Shown here: positions 1-12,090 of the stretch, piece after piece
How the letters are laid out: each line of letters starts with the position of its first letter
How positions within the stretch are numbered: position 1 is the first letter of the stretch
Source: Octopus sinensis
Lineage: Eukaryota
Length of the DNA stretch: 64,000 nucleotides
NCBI RefSeq assembly: GCF_006345805.1
Contig: NC_043004.1
Location: forward strand, 17,918,001-17,982,000
Direction of reading: 5' to 3'
Position numbers and translations under genes: made by a program
The notes under the pieces: generated by a model
Database searches by the model: none
Told to the model about the DNA's origin: nothing
What the model saw: the letters and a program-made list of their open reading frames with translations, nothing else

Positions 1-278
1 CAGTGCCTATAGTTGTCAATTATATTGAGGTTGTAGGCCTTTAAAAATAGGGTACTTATATATAACCATAGGCCTCATCAGAGATTATAAAGAACTTTAA
101 AAATATTAGCACATGAAACAGGATACACGTATAATTTAATATATATATAAATATGAACAAATATCCATATAGACTTATATACAAGTCTATATGGATATTT
201 GTTCATAAGAAAGGAACAGATAATCTGAAGAATCGTCTGAGGCCAATTCTTTGAGTGCGTGTGTGCGCATACGCATAC

Positions 279-318
<40 letters not shown>

Positions 319-351
319 GCAGATGAGTGGCTGTGTATACATATATATATA

Positions 352-1644
352 CGAGGGGTGAATGAAAAGTTTTGAGCCTCAAAAAACAAAACATAGTACA
401 AGACTTCTGATGATATATTTTTCAACATAGTCCCCCTCGATGGCTGAACACTTTCTCCATCGGTGCTGAAGCGCCATTATCCCGACGTAGAGGAACTTTT
501 TTTTATTTGAGACTCCAAGAAACTTCCTACAGCATCTATGACGTCATTGTCACTGGCAAAATGGCGACCAGCCAGGGCTTTTTTCATTTTTGGGAATAGA
601 TGAAAGTCAGAGGGGGCTAAGTCTGGCGAATAAGGCGGACGAGGAACAAGTTCGTATCCACAATCACGAATTGTTGCCATGACAACCACTGAGGTGTGGG
701 CTGGAGCATTGTCGTGATGAAAAAGGACTCCTCTGGTGAGCGTTCCTGGCCTTTTTTCTTTGATTGCTTCTCGGAGGCGTTTCAGTAGCTGAGAATAATA
801 CAGCCCTGTCACGGTGTGACCCTTTTCAAGGTAATCGATCAGCAAGACACCTTGAGAATCCCAAAAACTGACGCCATGACCTTGCCAGCTGAAGGAATGG
901 CCCTGGCCTTCTTTGGGGTAGGAGAAGCTATGTGTTTTCACAGCTTTGATTGTTCTTTGGTTTCAGGCTGGTAGTGATGAACCCAACTTTCGTCCATAGT
1001 AATGGAACGAGCAAAAAAGTTCTCTTCATCGGCTTCAAACAATTCCAGGTTGCTCGTGGACAAAGTGCACCTGGTACGTTTCTGTTCAGGAGTCAAAAGG
1101 CGAGGGACTCACCTTGCAGAAACCTTTGAGAACCCAAGTTATTTTGTCACAATGTTGTCTGCTCTTTCAGTTGAGATGCCCAGTCTCTCGGCTATCTGAC
1201 GACATGATATTCGACGATCTTGCATTATCATACCAAGAGCAAAGTCAATGTTGTCCTCGGTGGTTGCAGTTCGAGGCCCCTGGTGTGGGATCATCTTCCA
1301 CACTCTCCCTTCCACGCTTGCATTCATTTACCCAGCGTTTGACTGTTGCATATGAAGGAGCATTGTCTGTTAAGGTTCACACCATATCTTTATAGATTTT
1401 TGAATGGAATCATGCCTTTTAAATGAAGGTACTTTATGACAGAACGATACTCAGTTTTCTCCATTTTCCTTGTAACCTTGACACTTGCTTATTCAAAAAT
1501 CTGTAAAAAAAACAAAATAAAATATCAGAATCATGAAAATGAGCAAGAATACTCAGAAAAGACTGTACTTACCAGAAAACATTGTTTCAGCTACCTAGCA
1601 GCCCTGTTTCTAGGTTAGGCTCAAAACTTTTCATACACCCCTTG
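352..1644 (-). mobile_element. Full-length mariner DNA transposon (1293 bp), inactive
   Basis: 28-bp TIRs: CGAGGGGTGAATGAAAAGTTTTGAGCCT (352-379) and its reverse complement at 1617-1644 (2 mismatches), TA on both flanks (350-351, 1645-1646); internal transposase. Confidence 0.96.
477..1464 (-). pseudogene. Mariner DD34D transposase pseudogene
   Basis: Starts MEKTEYRSVIKYLHLKG at 1464; SAR*VPRLL (WVP motif with stop), TMDESWVHHY, HDNAPAH-34 aa-D, YSPDLAPSD; frameshifts and stops. Confidence 0.95.
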
Positions 1645-1647
1645 TAT

Positions 1648-1715
<68 letters not shown>

Positions 1716-1718
<3 letters not shown>

Positions 1719-1868
1719 CGGCTGAGTGGTAAGAAGTTTGTTTCTCAACCACATGGTTGCGGGTGCAGTCCCACTGCGCGGCACCTTTGGCAAGTATCTT
1801 CTATAGCCTCGAGCCGACCAAAGCCTTGTGAGTGGATTTGTTAGACGGAAACTGAAAAAATCCCGTGG
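1716..1868 (+). mobile_element. SINE family A, 5' tRNA-like head only
   Basis: GGCTGAGTGGTAAGAAG...GCAGTCCCACTGCG...GACGGAAACTGAAA; matches >10 other copies in the window. Confidence 0.85.
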
Positions 1869-2879
1869 GGTATTTGGAAAAGAATTCATTCGAAGCATCA
1901 CGCACACTGCTAAATTCTGAGTTGTGACGGAGAGGATAATCATCTTTGAACGGATAAACAAATGAACTTTGCAACACGCAATAAATACATTTTCTCTTAT
2001 CTGCGTAACTAAACGTGTATGACATATAGAAGGATAATAAATAAAATGATTATAACAGTTGTGAAGATAATCGGATGGACCCGTTAGATTCCGGTGGGTT
2101 TAACCTGTGGAAACGCCAGCGTCTATAAAACACGTAGCATCTATTGTTTCTTATATGCTTGCTAAAGATCGTGAGTTCTTCATGTATATTTCTCCAATTT
2201 CATTGAGCTCTTTGCTAGGTATTGCACCAAAAATATTCTCTGTATGTCAAAACATAGTCATTTCTATCTTTAAGATTATCATAGCTCATTTGGTATGTTA
2301 ATTTTTAGTACTTGATACCGAGAGTCGAGCACTTATTAGTGTAAAGAATTTTCTTATACTTAGAGAGATAGTATTTGAGATTCAATTGCCGCTGATAACG
2401 GCTAGATGTGCGCTCATAGTTTGTTTCTCAGAGTTCCTGGAAAATCAAAGATTCAAAAAGTCACGAAAGAATATATTGAATAAGTGTGTTTATTTCAATA
2501 TAAGTAGTTTAGCCTGTTTAATATTCTACATTTCATTTTACTATATATGTGTGTATGTATGAAAATGACTAGGATCTAAAGAAGGTCATTGAACAAATGG
2601 TTGAGGATGCACATTTTACACTTAGGGTAGACGATAATGATTCCACAGCATCTTACCAATGTACTACGAATGCAAATATGTATCGAAAAAATTTTAGTGA
2701 TTTTGAAATAACGAACATTATTCATTCTATTTCCCTTCATTCATCCCATCAGTTACTACGGATTTCTTGTAAATCCAGTAACAGGAGCATTTCTACTGTA
2801 TGAGGATCTCAGGTAGCCAATAACTGGATGAGCTTCACATAACATTCTACAAGGTTTTTCACAATCTTATTTAACTATT

Positions 2880-3460
2880 TATGTCATTATTCAGTTTATC
2901 TCAAGTTTTCTTACCAATAGAGAAAGAACCGATTTCTAACCTAAATCCCAAACTTCTTTATTGGAATTTCAACATCAACAACGGGGTATTTTTGTATGTA
3001 GGTATGTGCAGATCTGTATATTTTATGTATGTATTCTCATGCATATAGTTGCATAACTAGACATGCTCATATATATCTAAATGATAAATTCTGGAAAGTT
3101 TTACAGATTTTTACAGTTCCAGCGATGGATTGGATCTGAAGTCATCGAATTAGCTTTCTCCTTTCTGGTTTCGAGAACGCTAATTTCTCGAGATTGGTAT
3201 TTAGGCAGTGTGCTACATATCCGAGGGCCCCAATAATTACAGGTATACACCTGAACTTGTAATCTGGATAGAGTAACTGCAGATTTCCCAATAGTTCAGC
3301 ATAGGTGTTCTCTTTTTCACTGATCTTTAGCTTTATGTTAACATCCACTGGGCAGCTAATTTCTACAACTGTGCACAGTTTCTCTTTGTTTCAAATCATT
3401 ATATTAGGTCTGTTGTGCTTACGTTTTATTGAGGTCTTAACTAGGACATTCCACCTGTAT
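2880..3460 (-). mobile_element. 3' end of RLE-type (R4/Dong/R2-superfamily) non-LTR retrotransposon
   Basis: WNVLVKTSIKRKHNRPNIMI*..VVEISCPVDVNIKLKISEKENTYAELL..IPVIIGALGYV is a PD-(D/E)xK restriction-like endonuclease; 3' UTR shared with 33085-33505. Confidence 0.85.
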
Positions 3461-4107
3461 TCCTTGTATGTATGTATGTATGTATGTATGTATGTATGTA
3501 TGTATATGTATGTATGTATGTATGTATATAACTATTTTATAATTATATACATAATTATGACAAGAGCTTATATATATATATATTCATGCATAAATGTGCT
3601 TATACATATACATGTGTGTGTATGTGTGAAGAAAGAGGGAGAGAGACAAACAGATACGTAGACACATGCATATACATGTGTACAAGCACATGTATACATG
3701 GATAGATGTATTTTACACATGCACGCACACACACACACACACACACGCACACACACACACACACACACACACGTGTATGTGTATGTGTGTGTTTCCGTAT
3801 AAGCCGAATTTCCAGTTGAGAACATGTTGAAAGGAGAGGACTTGATCACATCCGTTTGCGCTGTCCTTTCATTTTTCCGGTGAACTTCCTTATCTATCTC
3901 CACAATTCTTTTGCAACACACTTCCCTGTTAATGCACACACACGCGCACACACACACACACACATACACACACACTGACACACATACACACGCACATGCA
4001 CTTAAATACGAATCGGTCCATGTGCACATATATTTGCATACAAATCACACTTGCATATATGTATGTACAAATGCAAATGTAAGATATGGATATATATTTT
4101 ATTCATC

Positions 4108-4480
4108 TTGACTGCAGCCATGCTGGAGCACCGCCTTTAGTATAAAAAAATCGACCACAGCACTTTGCAAGCCTAGTACTTATTCTGGCGGACGCTTTTA
4201 CTGAACCGCTAATGTTACGAGGACGTAAACACACCAACATTGGTTGTCAAGCGATGTTGGGGGGACAAACAGACACACAAACATATATATATATAATATA
4301 TATATATATATATACGGCAGGCTTCTTTCAGTTTCCGTCTACCAAATCCACTCACAAGGCTTTGGTCGACCTGAGGCTGTAGTAGAAGACATTTTCCCAA
4401 TGTGTCACACAACGGGACTAAACCCAGAACCATATGGTTGATAAACAAGGTACTTACTACACAGCCACTTCTGCGCCTAC
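4108..4480 (-). mobile_element. SINE family A, near complete (head + internal (TA)n + body)
   Basis: Reverse complement of head at 4320-4480, microsatellite 4280-4315, body ending ...GCATGGCTGCAGTCA at ~4108. Confidence 0.85.
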
Positions 4481-4497
4481 ATATATGTATTATGTAC

Positions 4498-4534
<37 letters not shown>

Positions 4535-4559
4535 TGTATATGTATGTGTGTATATATAT

Positions 4560-4763
4560 GAGACGCCATGATAGATCGTTAGCCACTGCACACATTTTTT
4601 CTCTCCTTGTTTCTCGCCTTGTTTTTTTTCTGTGTCCCTTTCTGTAGAAGAGCGTAGGCTCGAAACGTAAAATACTTTTTCCATTCTTGAGCGTTATACT
4701 AATACATCTGTTTGTTTTGTACACCGCCTGTCTTCGTCTTTAGTTTTTTTCGTAAACTCTCCC

Positions 4764-4765
<2 letters not shown>
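4560..4765. mobile_element. Short (TA)n-flanked element with variant minimal hammerhead-like motif
   Basis: CTGTAGAA-GAGC(GTAG)GCTC-GAAAC-GTA at 4642-4669 on +; both ends abut TA-rich microsatellite. Confidence 0.45.
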
Positions 4766-4828
<63 letters not shown>

Positions 4829-4853
4829 ATGTATATATATATATATGTATATG

Positions 4854-4942
<89 letters not shown>

Positions 4943-5110
4943 ATGTATATATATATGTATGTTCATGTATATATATATATATGTATGTATATGTATATAT
5001 ATATATGTATGTATATATGTATATATATATGTATGTGTATGTATATGTATATATATATATAATATGTATATGTATGTATATATATATATGTATGTGTATG
5101 TATATGTATG

Positions 5111-5180
<70 letters not shown>
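4765..5180. repeat. Compound (TA)n/(TATG)n/(TG)n microsatellite
   Basis: Seen directly; source of the IYIY ORFs. Confidence 0.98.
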
Positions 5181-5214
5181 CTTTTATTTTTCAAAATTAA
5201 GATAAAATTATTTT

Positions 5215-5965
5215 TTAATCTAAAATATATTCTCCATTTTCTACAATACTCTTCAATCTGTTCGGTAGACGTACAGGGCCCCTCTTCAAAAATTCATTTG
5301 TCCGTGACGAAAAGTACTCCTCCAGTACTGTTCTGACCTCGGCTACAGAATTCACATTTTTCCATCTCAATGATTTTGAAGACTGCGGAATAAATGATAA
5401 TCAGACGGGGCAACATCCAGCGAATATGATGTGTGGGTGTGTTATTGTTTCCCATTCAAACTGACCCAGCCTTTGGAATGTCATCCTCGCTGTATGTGGC
5501 CGAGCATTATCCTAATGGAAGAATGCCTTTCGTTTTGAAACCAGAGACGGTCGGTTTCCTTCTAGCGCTGACTTAGGACACTCAAGCTTCTCGCAGTAGA
5601 TCTCCTTTGTTATCGTTTGGGTTGGGTTTAAAAGTTCAGCGTGAATTAAACCTTTCATATCTCATCAAACAGATAGCAACACCTTAGTTGGAAGAAGATC
5701 TTCTTTAGCTTGGGACGCCGGTGTTTCTCTTTTCCATACAAACTGTCTTCAGCGCTTGACATTTTTATAGGGAACCAGTTACTATTCGGTCCAAAAAAGG
5801 TTCATTCGTGAGACGTGACAGCAACGAAGGGCACACATTTAGTCTCTGCGTGCGATGAAACACGGAAGGTTTGTGAGGAACCCATTGACACAATTTGCTG
5901 ACCTTTCCGATGGCATGCAGGTGACGATGGATGGTTGAATAACTGTTAAAATCGAACTGCATTCT
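5215..5965 (-). mobile_element. Decayed mariner transposase, C-terminal two thirds
   Basis: GKVSKLCQWVPH..FLDRIVTG; downstream FH*DNARPHTAR..DVAPSDYHLFRSLQNH; same family as 56440-56790. Confidence 0.88.
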
Positions 5966-6346
5966 TCAAAACTTGCACTAAGTATAAGTTCAAGGTAAAA
6001 TTACTTCCTGCTTTTATAGCAGGTTGATGCAGGTAGTTTAGCCCGTCCCCCTCTGATATTTAGTTCACGAAGCTGAAAGATCCGCCTTATCTATGTGATG
6101 ACTCCCCACCCCATATATATAATATATTCACACATATATAAGTAAATGCATGTGTGCATGTCGGTATTTATACATGTCTATATACTTATTTATGTAAATA
6201 CATATGGATATATATTTATATACATGTATACACACACGCACACATAGATATACATATATTTATACATCCATATGTATATTTGTGCACATTCACATATATG
6301 TATATATGAATGTGTGTGAATGTGTAATCGTATATATGAATATATA

Positions 6347-6377
<31 letters not shown>

Positions 6378-6379
6378 AA

Positions 6380-6506
6380 ATATTATTAGAGACAAAACCA
6401 CTATTTTGCAAAACAAACAAGGAAAGACTTAATCAATACATAAAATTTTAATAAATAGTCAAAAAAACCGCCACTACAATCGTTTCTTGTCTTGATCGAC
6501 AATCTT
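6380..6506 (-). mobile_element. (TA)n-flanked element with 5'-truncated hammerhead
   Basis: Minus strand: AAGA-TTGTC(GATCAA)GACAA-GAAAC-GATT-GTA-GTGG; the CTG of the core is replaced by (TA)n. Confidence 0.55.
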
Positions 6507-8689
6507 ATATATATATATTCATATATGTACACATACATACATGTGTGTGCGTTTATGCGCATATGTGTCTATGTATGTAGGTGTGCATGTATGAGTCTAT
6601 GTATGTGTGTACGTCATACCAATGATCCGATGGTTAGTCCTATTAACATTAACCATATAAACCGGCACACTCTCTTTTATGGGTGAATTGTTCCAAGCTC
6701 CCAGTTAAGCTTGTTTGTAGAGGAAGACTGTTTTCGAACGTCCCTCGCGATGAGAAAGATAACGTGTTAGTGGCTAGATTATTTAGTCAACGTCCATCCA
6801 ATAGCGTATATAATTTTGTTTGTAAATATCACAACATCCATAGGCGGGCGCATATGCGACTCTCTGGTCACGTGTTATATGTCCATAGTTCGACTGCCAT
6901 AAATAAAAGGCCCAAAGTTTTGTATATTCGTTAACGTGGAAGTTCATAACAGGGAGATAGTTCATCGAGTGTTTACTGGAAATGTGCAGACCTAACCTAA
7001 TTCTTCTGAACGATCCTTTTCTTTGTCAAAATTTTGGCAAAGAAAAGGAATATTCAGAAGAATATCCAAATATTCTGGTGATCTTCTTGAACTCTAAATC
7101 TGAGGTTTCTTTCCTTGCCTTCATTACCAGAAATATATTTTAGCCAGCTGATCTGTTTCAGTTTAAAAGCTAACTTTTATGTTATTTGAAGTACTCTCGC
7201 CATAAAATGCTCTTTCCTAGTACTTACACTTATCTATACATCAACACACCACATGTTTCAAAAAATCCTTCCCAGCTCTCTCTCTCCCATTTCCATCTGC
7301 CACTTTCTTCTTTACCTCCTCCATCTCACCCTTACCTCCTTTTCATTCCACAGTTGCATATACGCAAAACATTACAGTGGCCTGTTGCCACAGAAATGGT
7401 AACATGAAAGACAAGGACTGAAACTACAAATTTAACTGATATAAATGATGGGCATAAGGCCAGCTTCATTTCTTGTGTTTTCCCATTTTTATCATCCTTG
7501 GGATTCGTTCCGGTTTTCTTTTTTCTTTGTTTTTTGTTTTTTGCAATATCTCTAAAACTCGTAAACATGATGCGGTGTTTTGGGGTTTAAAACTTCTAGT
7601 ACAGACGACTGTTAAATTATCCTTCCACATTTGAAATATTTGTGGCATGAAACCGTTTGGTTACATGAATTGGCTGTTATGAGACTAAATTTATAATACT
7701 GCATAGATAATATGCGTATATATATGTGTGTATTATGTAATGTGTGTACGCCTATGTGTGCATATGTCAAAAGTACATTACGCTTGAACCAATACCAAAG
7801 TGATAAATCACCCAGAAAGCAATTTCTAAGCAAAAATGAAGGAAAAACAAAACAGGACGAAGAATAATATAAAGTCAACATTTTATGTTGTCAAAAGAAA
7901 AAGGATTGCGGTGGGGGGGGATTCAATGGTCTGTGCAGTTTGTTGGTTGTCTTGAGAGATGGAAGAGGAGAATATTAAAAAGAATATTAAAAAGAAAACT
8001 GTGTTTAGGAAAAGCAAGTATCATGATGAATCGTGCTAGAACGGAAGTCGTCGAGCGGGTGTGTATTTTACAAACACGCAGGCACGCATATACGGTGTAG
8101 AGGTCCATTATTGGAATGCACTGAAAGAATTGTAAAGATGGGAGGGTTTTGTGCGTATGTGAGAGAGAGAATAGAGAAAGAGTGTGAGGTAAAGTTGAAG
8201 ATGTTGAAGGAAGTGATTACCATCGGATCGTTAATGATATAAGGGCGTAATCGCTTAAGTACGATGTCAACATGATAGAATGGTGTGTTGACATAAGGAA
8301 ATGTACTGGTATAATGGTATATCGATGGTTGTGTCAGAAGATGTATATTTTAAGTACCTGTGCAAACATTTTTACTTTCATCTTTTAGTCAGGAGGAAAT
8401 GTAGTTTCCATGACCCTTTAATCTGGAGGACGGGACGGAGAGAGGTAATCGCAGATCAATAATCGATTTGGGCGGCTTTGAGGAGTGGCCGTATCGAAAC
8501 AGAAAGTTAACTTGTCCGTGCCAAAATCGTAGTTATATGATTTTATAAATATTAAAAGGTAAAGGGACCAGGAGATATAAAATGATGAATGGCAAGTTAA
8601 AGGAATTCATTGTTGTTTAAGCAAGTGCTAAAGAAAGTAATGTTCCTTAAAACACTCGACTAGCTTTAGAAAAATTTCTATAACATACA

Positions 8690-8915
8690 TTAACCGTTTA
8701 GCATTCATATTATTCTGTCTAAATGCAATACTTATTTATTCACGTTGTTTTGAATTAATCATGCCTTATCTCAGCCTCAAGCTTTCGATGATATGATTGC
8801 TTATTTTTAGAATGACATTCTAGGGTCGGTGTGATAGTCTGTATCTGGTCAGGTTGGATATAAAATGGTAGAATATTTGGGCCAGATTTGGCCGGTTTAA
8901 ATGCTAAAGGGATGA
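8690..8915. mobile_element. piggyBac-type MITE
   Basis: TTAA-CCGTTTAGCATT ... AATGCTAAAGGG-ATGA: short TIRs, TTAA target intact on the left and decayed on the right; no ORF. Confidence 0.7.
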
Positions 8916-9835
8916 GCCACAGAGTTCGTATTTTGATGCAGAGGACGGTGATTTTGGAAACGGAGACACGAGGGAAGCAATTTGTGAAATAGGTAGAGGA
9001 TATGGGACACGACGTTGTATGGTTGTAACGTTCTGGATAAAACGATAGCAGTTACAATGGTGACAGCAAATGATCTTCGTTGAATGTGGCCAGAGATGAA
9101 AGCACTGTGAAGCTGAGATCACGTTTAGGTGCTTAGGAATGATGTGGCCGGCAGCAAGGTCGGGCCAGGTCGGATTTACAAGATTTTTTGTGTTTGTTTC
9201 TTTATTTTTAAGCTGTTCACCTTAAGTTTGAAGTAAATAAACAACGATTGTGATTGATGAAGGAGGAAATAAATCTAAAAATGATCGAACGGTGAAAAGG
9301 AAACCAATCCTATCTCATTTGATGCAATTATAAGTGGACTAGTTAGAATATGAAAAACAAGGAAATATGACAATAAATATATTACTATTTCCAGTTCTTT
9401 AACACAATCGCTGTTTCTAGGTCTTTTATTAGAAGAGATTTTTTCGTTTCTGACAGCAACACTGAAAGAAGCACTTAAGAATTGACAGTTCATTCAAGAA
9501 TAAAGTGAGCTATGATAAGGTGTGTGAATGTGCTTTTGGTGGCTGGCTGCGTAATTGTGGAATTGTGGAGGATGCTTTTATTAAGAGTTCACCAACAGAA
9601 GTACTTTATTTATAAACTGTCTAAGCATTGAGATGTTGGTCAATGTTTTTCTTTTTTACCCTTATATCGAAATATTTTCAATGCAATCATCATCATCATC
9701 AAGACCATCGCTGCTACCACAATCATCATCAATAACACACTTATCTTCATAAATATCATAAACAGTACACACACACACACACACACACACACGTGTATAT
9801 ATATAATATACATATATGTGTATATACATAAAGGT

Positions 9836-10150
9836 ATGTATATGTAATTATATAGGTATGTATAGGTGATTATATAGGTATGTTTGTGATTATATAGGTA
9901 TGTATATGATTATATAGGTATGTATGTGTATATATAGGTATGTATGTGTGTATATAGGTATGCATGTGTGTATATAGGTATGTATGTGTGTATATAGGTA
10001 TGTATGTGTGTATATATAGGAATGTATGTGTGTATATATAGGAATGTATGTGTGTATATATAGGAATGTATATATATATAGGTATGTATATGTGTATATG
10101 TATGTATATGTGTGTATATCTGTATGTATATATAGGTATGTATATATAGA
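9836..10150. repeat. TATATAGGTATGTATGTG-type minisatellite
   Basis: About 15 degenerate 18-22 bp units. Confidence 0.9.
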
Positions 10151-10588
10151 TAATATATTACATATATATATATATAATGTATACATATTTTTGTAAGTAT
10201 GTATGATATATAATATAGATAAACAGATATTTAATTTTGGCCACAGTGGAAGCATCATCGTAAGTGGCTCTGTTCAAGATATGTAGAAATGTGTGAAGGC
10301 TTACAGATGTCTTGAACATCTGACGCAATATCTGATGAGCGGCTTTTACAGTATAAGGCTTTGTGTGCGAAAAGAGAAATAATCTAAATGTATTTCATAG
10401 AAAATAGCTTCATTAAGTGAAATCTTCACTTTTCTATATATAGAGAATCTATTGGGAAATTATAAATTTTGTAAACTTTTTTTATACATTATATCCTTTC
10501 CGTTCAATATAATAACGAAATGGTAAATAACTGAATACACGAAATGTAGAAAATTTGTTCCACGTTGATAAATAAATACGTTTAACAA

Positions 10589-10975
10589 CGCACAGGCGTG
10601 GGTCTGAGAAGTAAGAAGCTCGCTTATTAACTAAACAAGTCGGGGTTTAGTCCCACGGCATGACACGTTGGGCAAGTGTCTCCTGTCACAATTTCGGGCC
10701 AACTAAAAGCTTATCAGTGAATTTAGTAGAGGAAAACTGAAAGAGGTTCGCCGTACACGCGCACGCGCGCTCGTGGACACGCACATCGATATGTGTGAAT
10801 TTTTAACAATCGGTGTTGGTGTGTTTGTGTTCCCGAAACTTAGAGGTTTAGCAAAAAGTGTTCGATGGAATAAATACTAGGATTAGAAAAAGTACTGGAG
10901 TCATTCTGTTCCAAGATTCTTCAAGGTGGTGCCCCGGCATGGCCGCAGTCTAATGACTGAAACAAGTGAAATAGA
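10589..10975 (+). mobile_element. SINE family A, diverged complete copy
   Basis: Head ...TTGGGCAAGTGTC..., body ...GCATGGCCGCAGTCTAATGACTGAAACAAGT. Confidence 0.75.
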
Positions 10976-11172
10976 TAATGAAGGAGCAGAAAGTTGAGTA
11001 GAAATGGTAGAAAATTTCTTAGCGGATTTTTTACGATTTACTGTTGCCGGCAAGGAAACTTGGTGGAAGGTTGCAAAAATCAGAGCGTAAAATTTAGTAG
11101 AAAAAAATTAGTCGGTAGTCAGTTGATTTATTGCAGGTACTGAAAAATCCAACATCCCGAAGGGTTGTTCTC

Positions 11173-11212
<40 letters not shown>

Positions 11213-11773
11213 AAGAATGCAGACCATGGACGTTGAAATATATCTAAGAACAGGAAGACGTAAATGAGTGATGTTGAAAGGCAGAAGTGGGGGAAGAGGG
11301 TGCTGGAATTAGTGCGTTTGGCTAGTGTGGGGGGTAGAAGGTGTATGAGATTAAGTGGCCAAGATTTGTAGGAAGAGCAAGGTCAGTTGAAATAGGAGTG
11401 GAGTGGTGAATGCCAGGTCGGATGAGATATGAGTCAAAATAGGCGATGGAAAAGAAAACCTAAACCGACACAGGCAAATAAGCTGATGGAGGTTTTCTCT
11501 CCTTATGGAGATACGAGCACCAATCAAGGATTGATCCACCCATGTCAGTTGATTGATGACAATGTCCAACTGGTGCCACGAACGGTGGAATGCGACAAGT
11601 GGCGGAGAGAGATAAGGCACCACTGTCACTTTCAGAACTCAATTTAGCGACCCCTGTTTCTGCAAGATTCTTCCCAAGGATATCACCACTGGAAACCAAA
11701 AGTTAGCCTCTATACCATGCACAAGCTTACCTCCATCAGTCTACTTTCTGTCACCGCATCTAACTTCCCCCTA

Positions 11774-12090
11774 GTGGAGGTGCAATGGTCCAGTGGTTAG
11801 GGCAACGGACTTGTGGTCGTAGGACGCGGTTTCGGTTCCCAGACCAGGCATTGTGAGTGTTTATTGAGCGAAAACATCTAAAGCTCCACGAGGCTCCGGC
11901 AGGAGTGGTGGTGAACCCTGCTGTACTCTTTCACCACAACTTTCTCTCACTCTTTCTTCCTATTTCTGTTGTACCTGTATTTCAAAGGGCCAGTCTTGTC
12001 ACATTCTGTGTCACGCTGAATCTCCCCGAGAACTACGTTAAGGGTACATGTGTCTGTGGAGTGCTCAGCCACTTGTACTTAATGAACTGC
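11774..12090 (+). mobile_element. tRNA-head SINE, family B related
   Basis: A-box-like TGGTCCAGTGGTTAGG, B-box-like GGTTCCCAGACC; body TCAAAGGGCCAG..CACATTCTGTGTCACGCTGAATC shared with 24712, 49300 and 53700. Confidence 0.75.

Noticed and set aside
6640-7000. Unique sequence with short ORFs on both strands, possible exon
   Set aside because: No recognisable domain or convincing splice-site pair.
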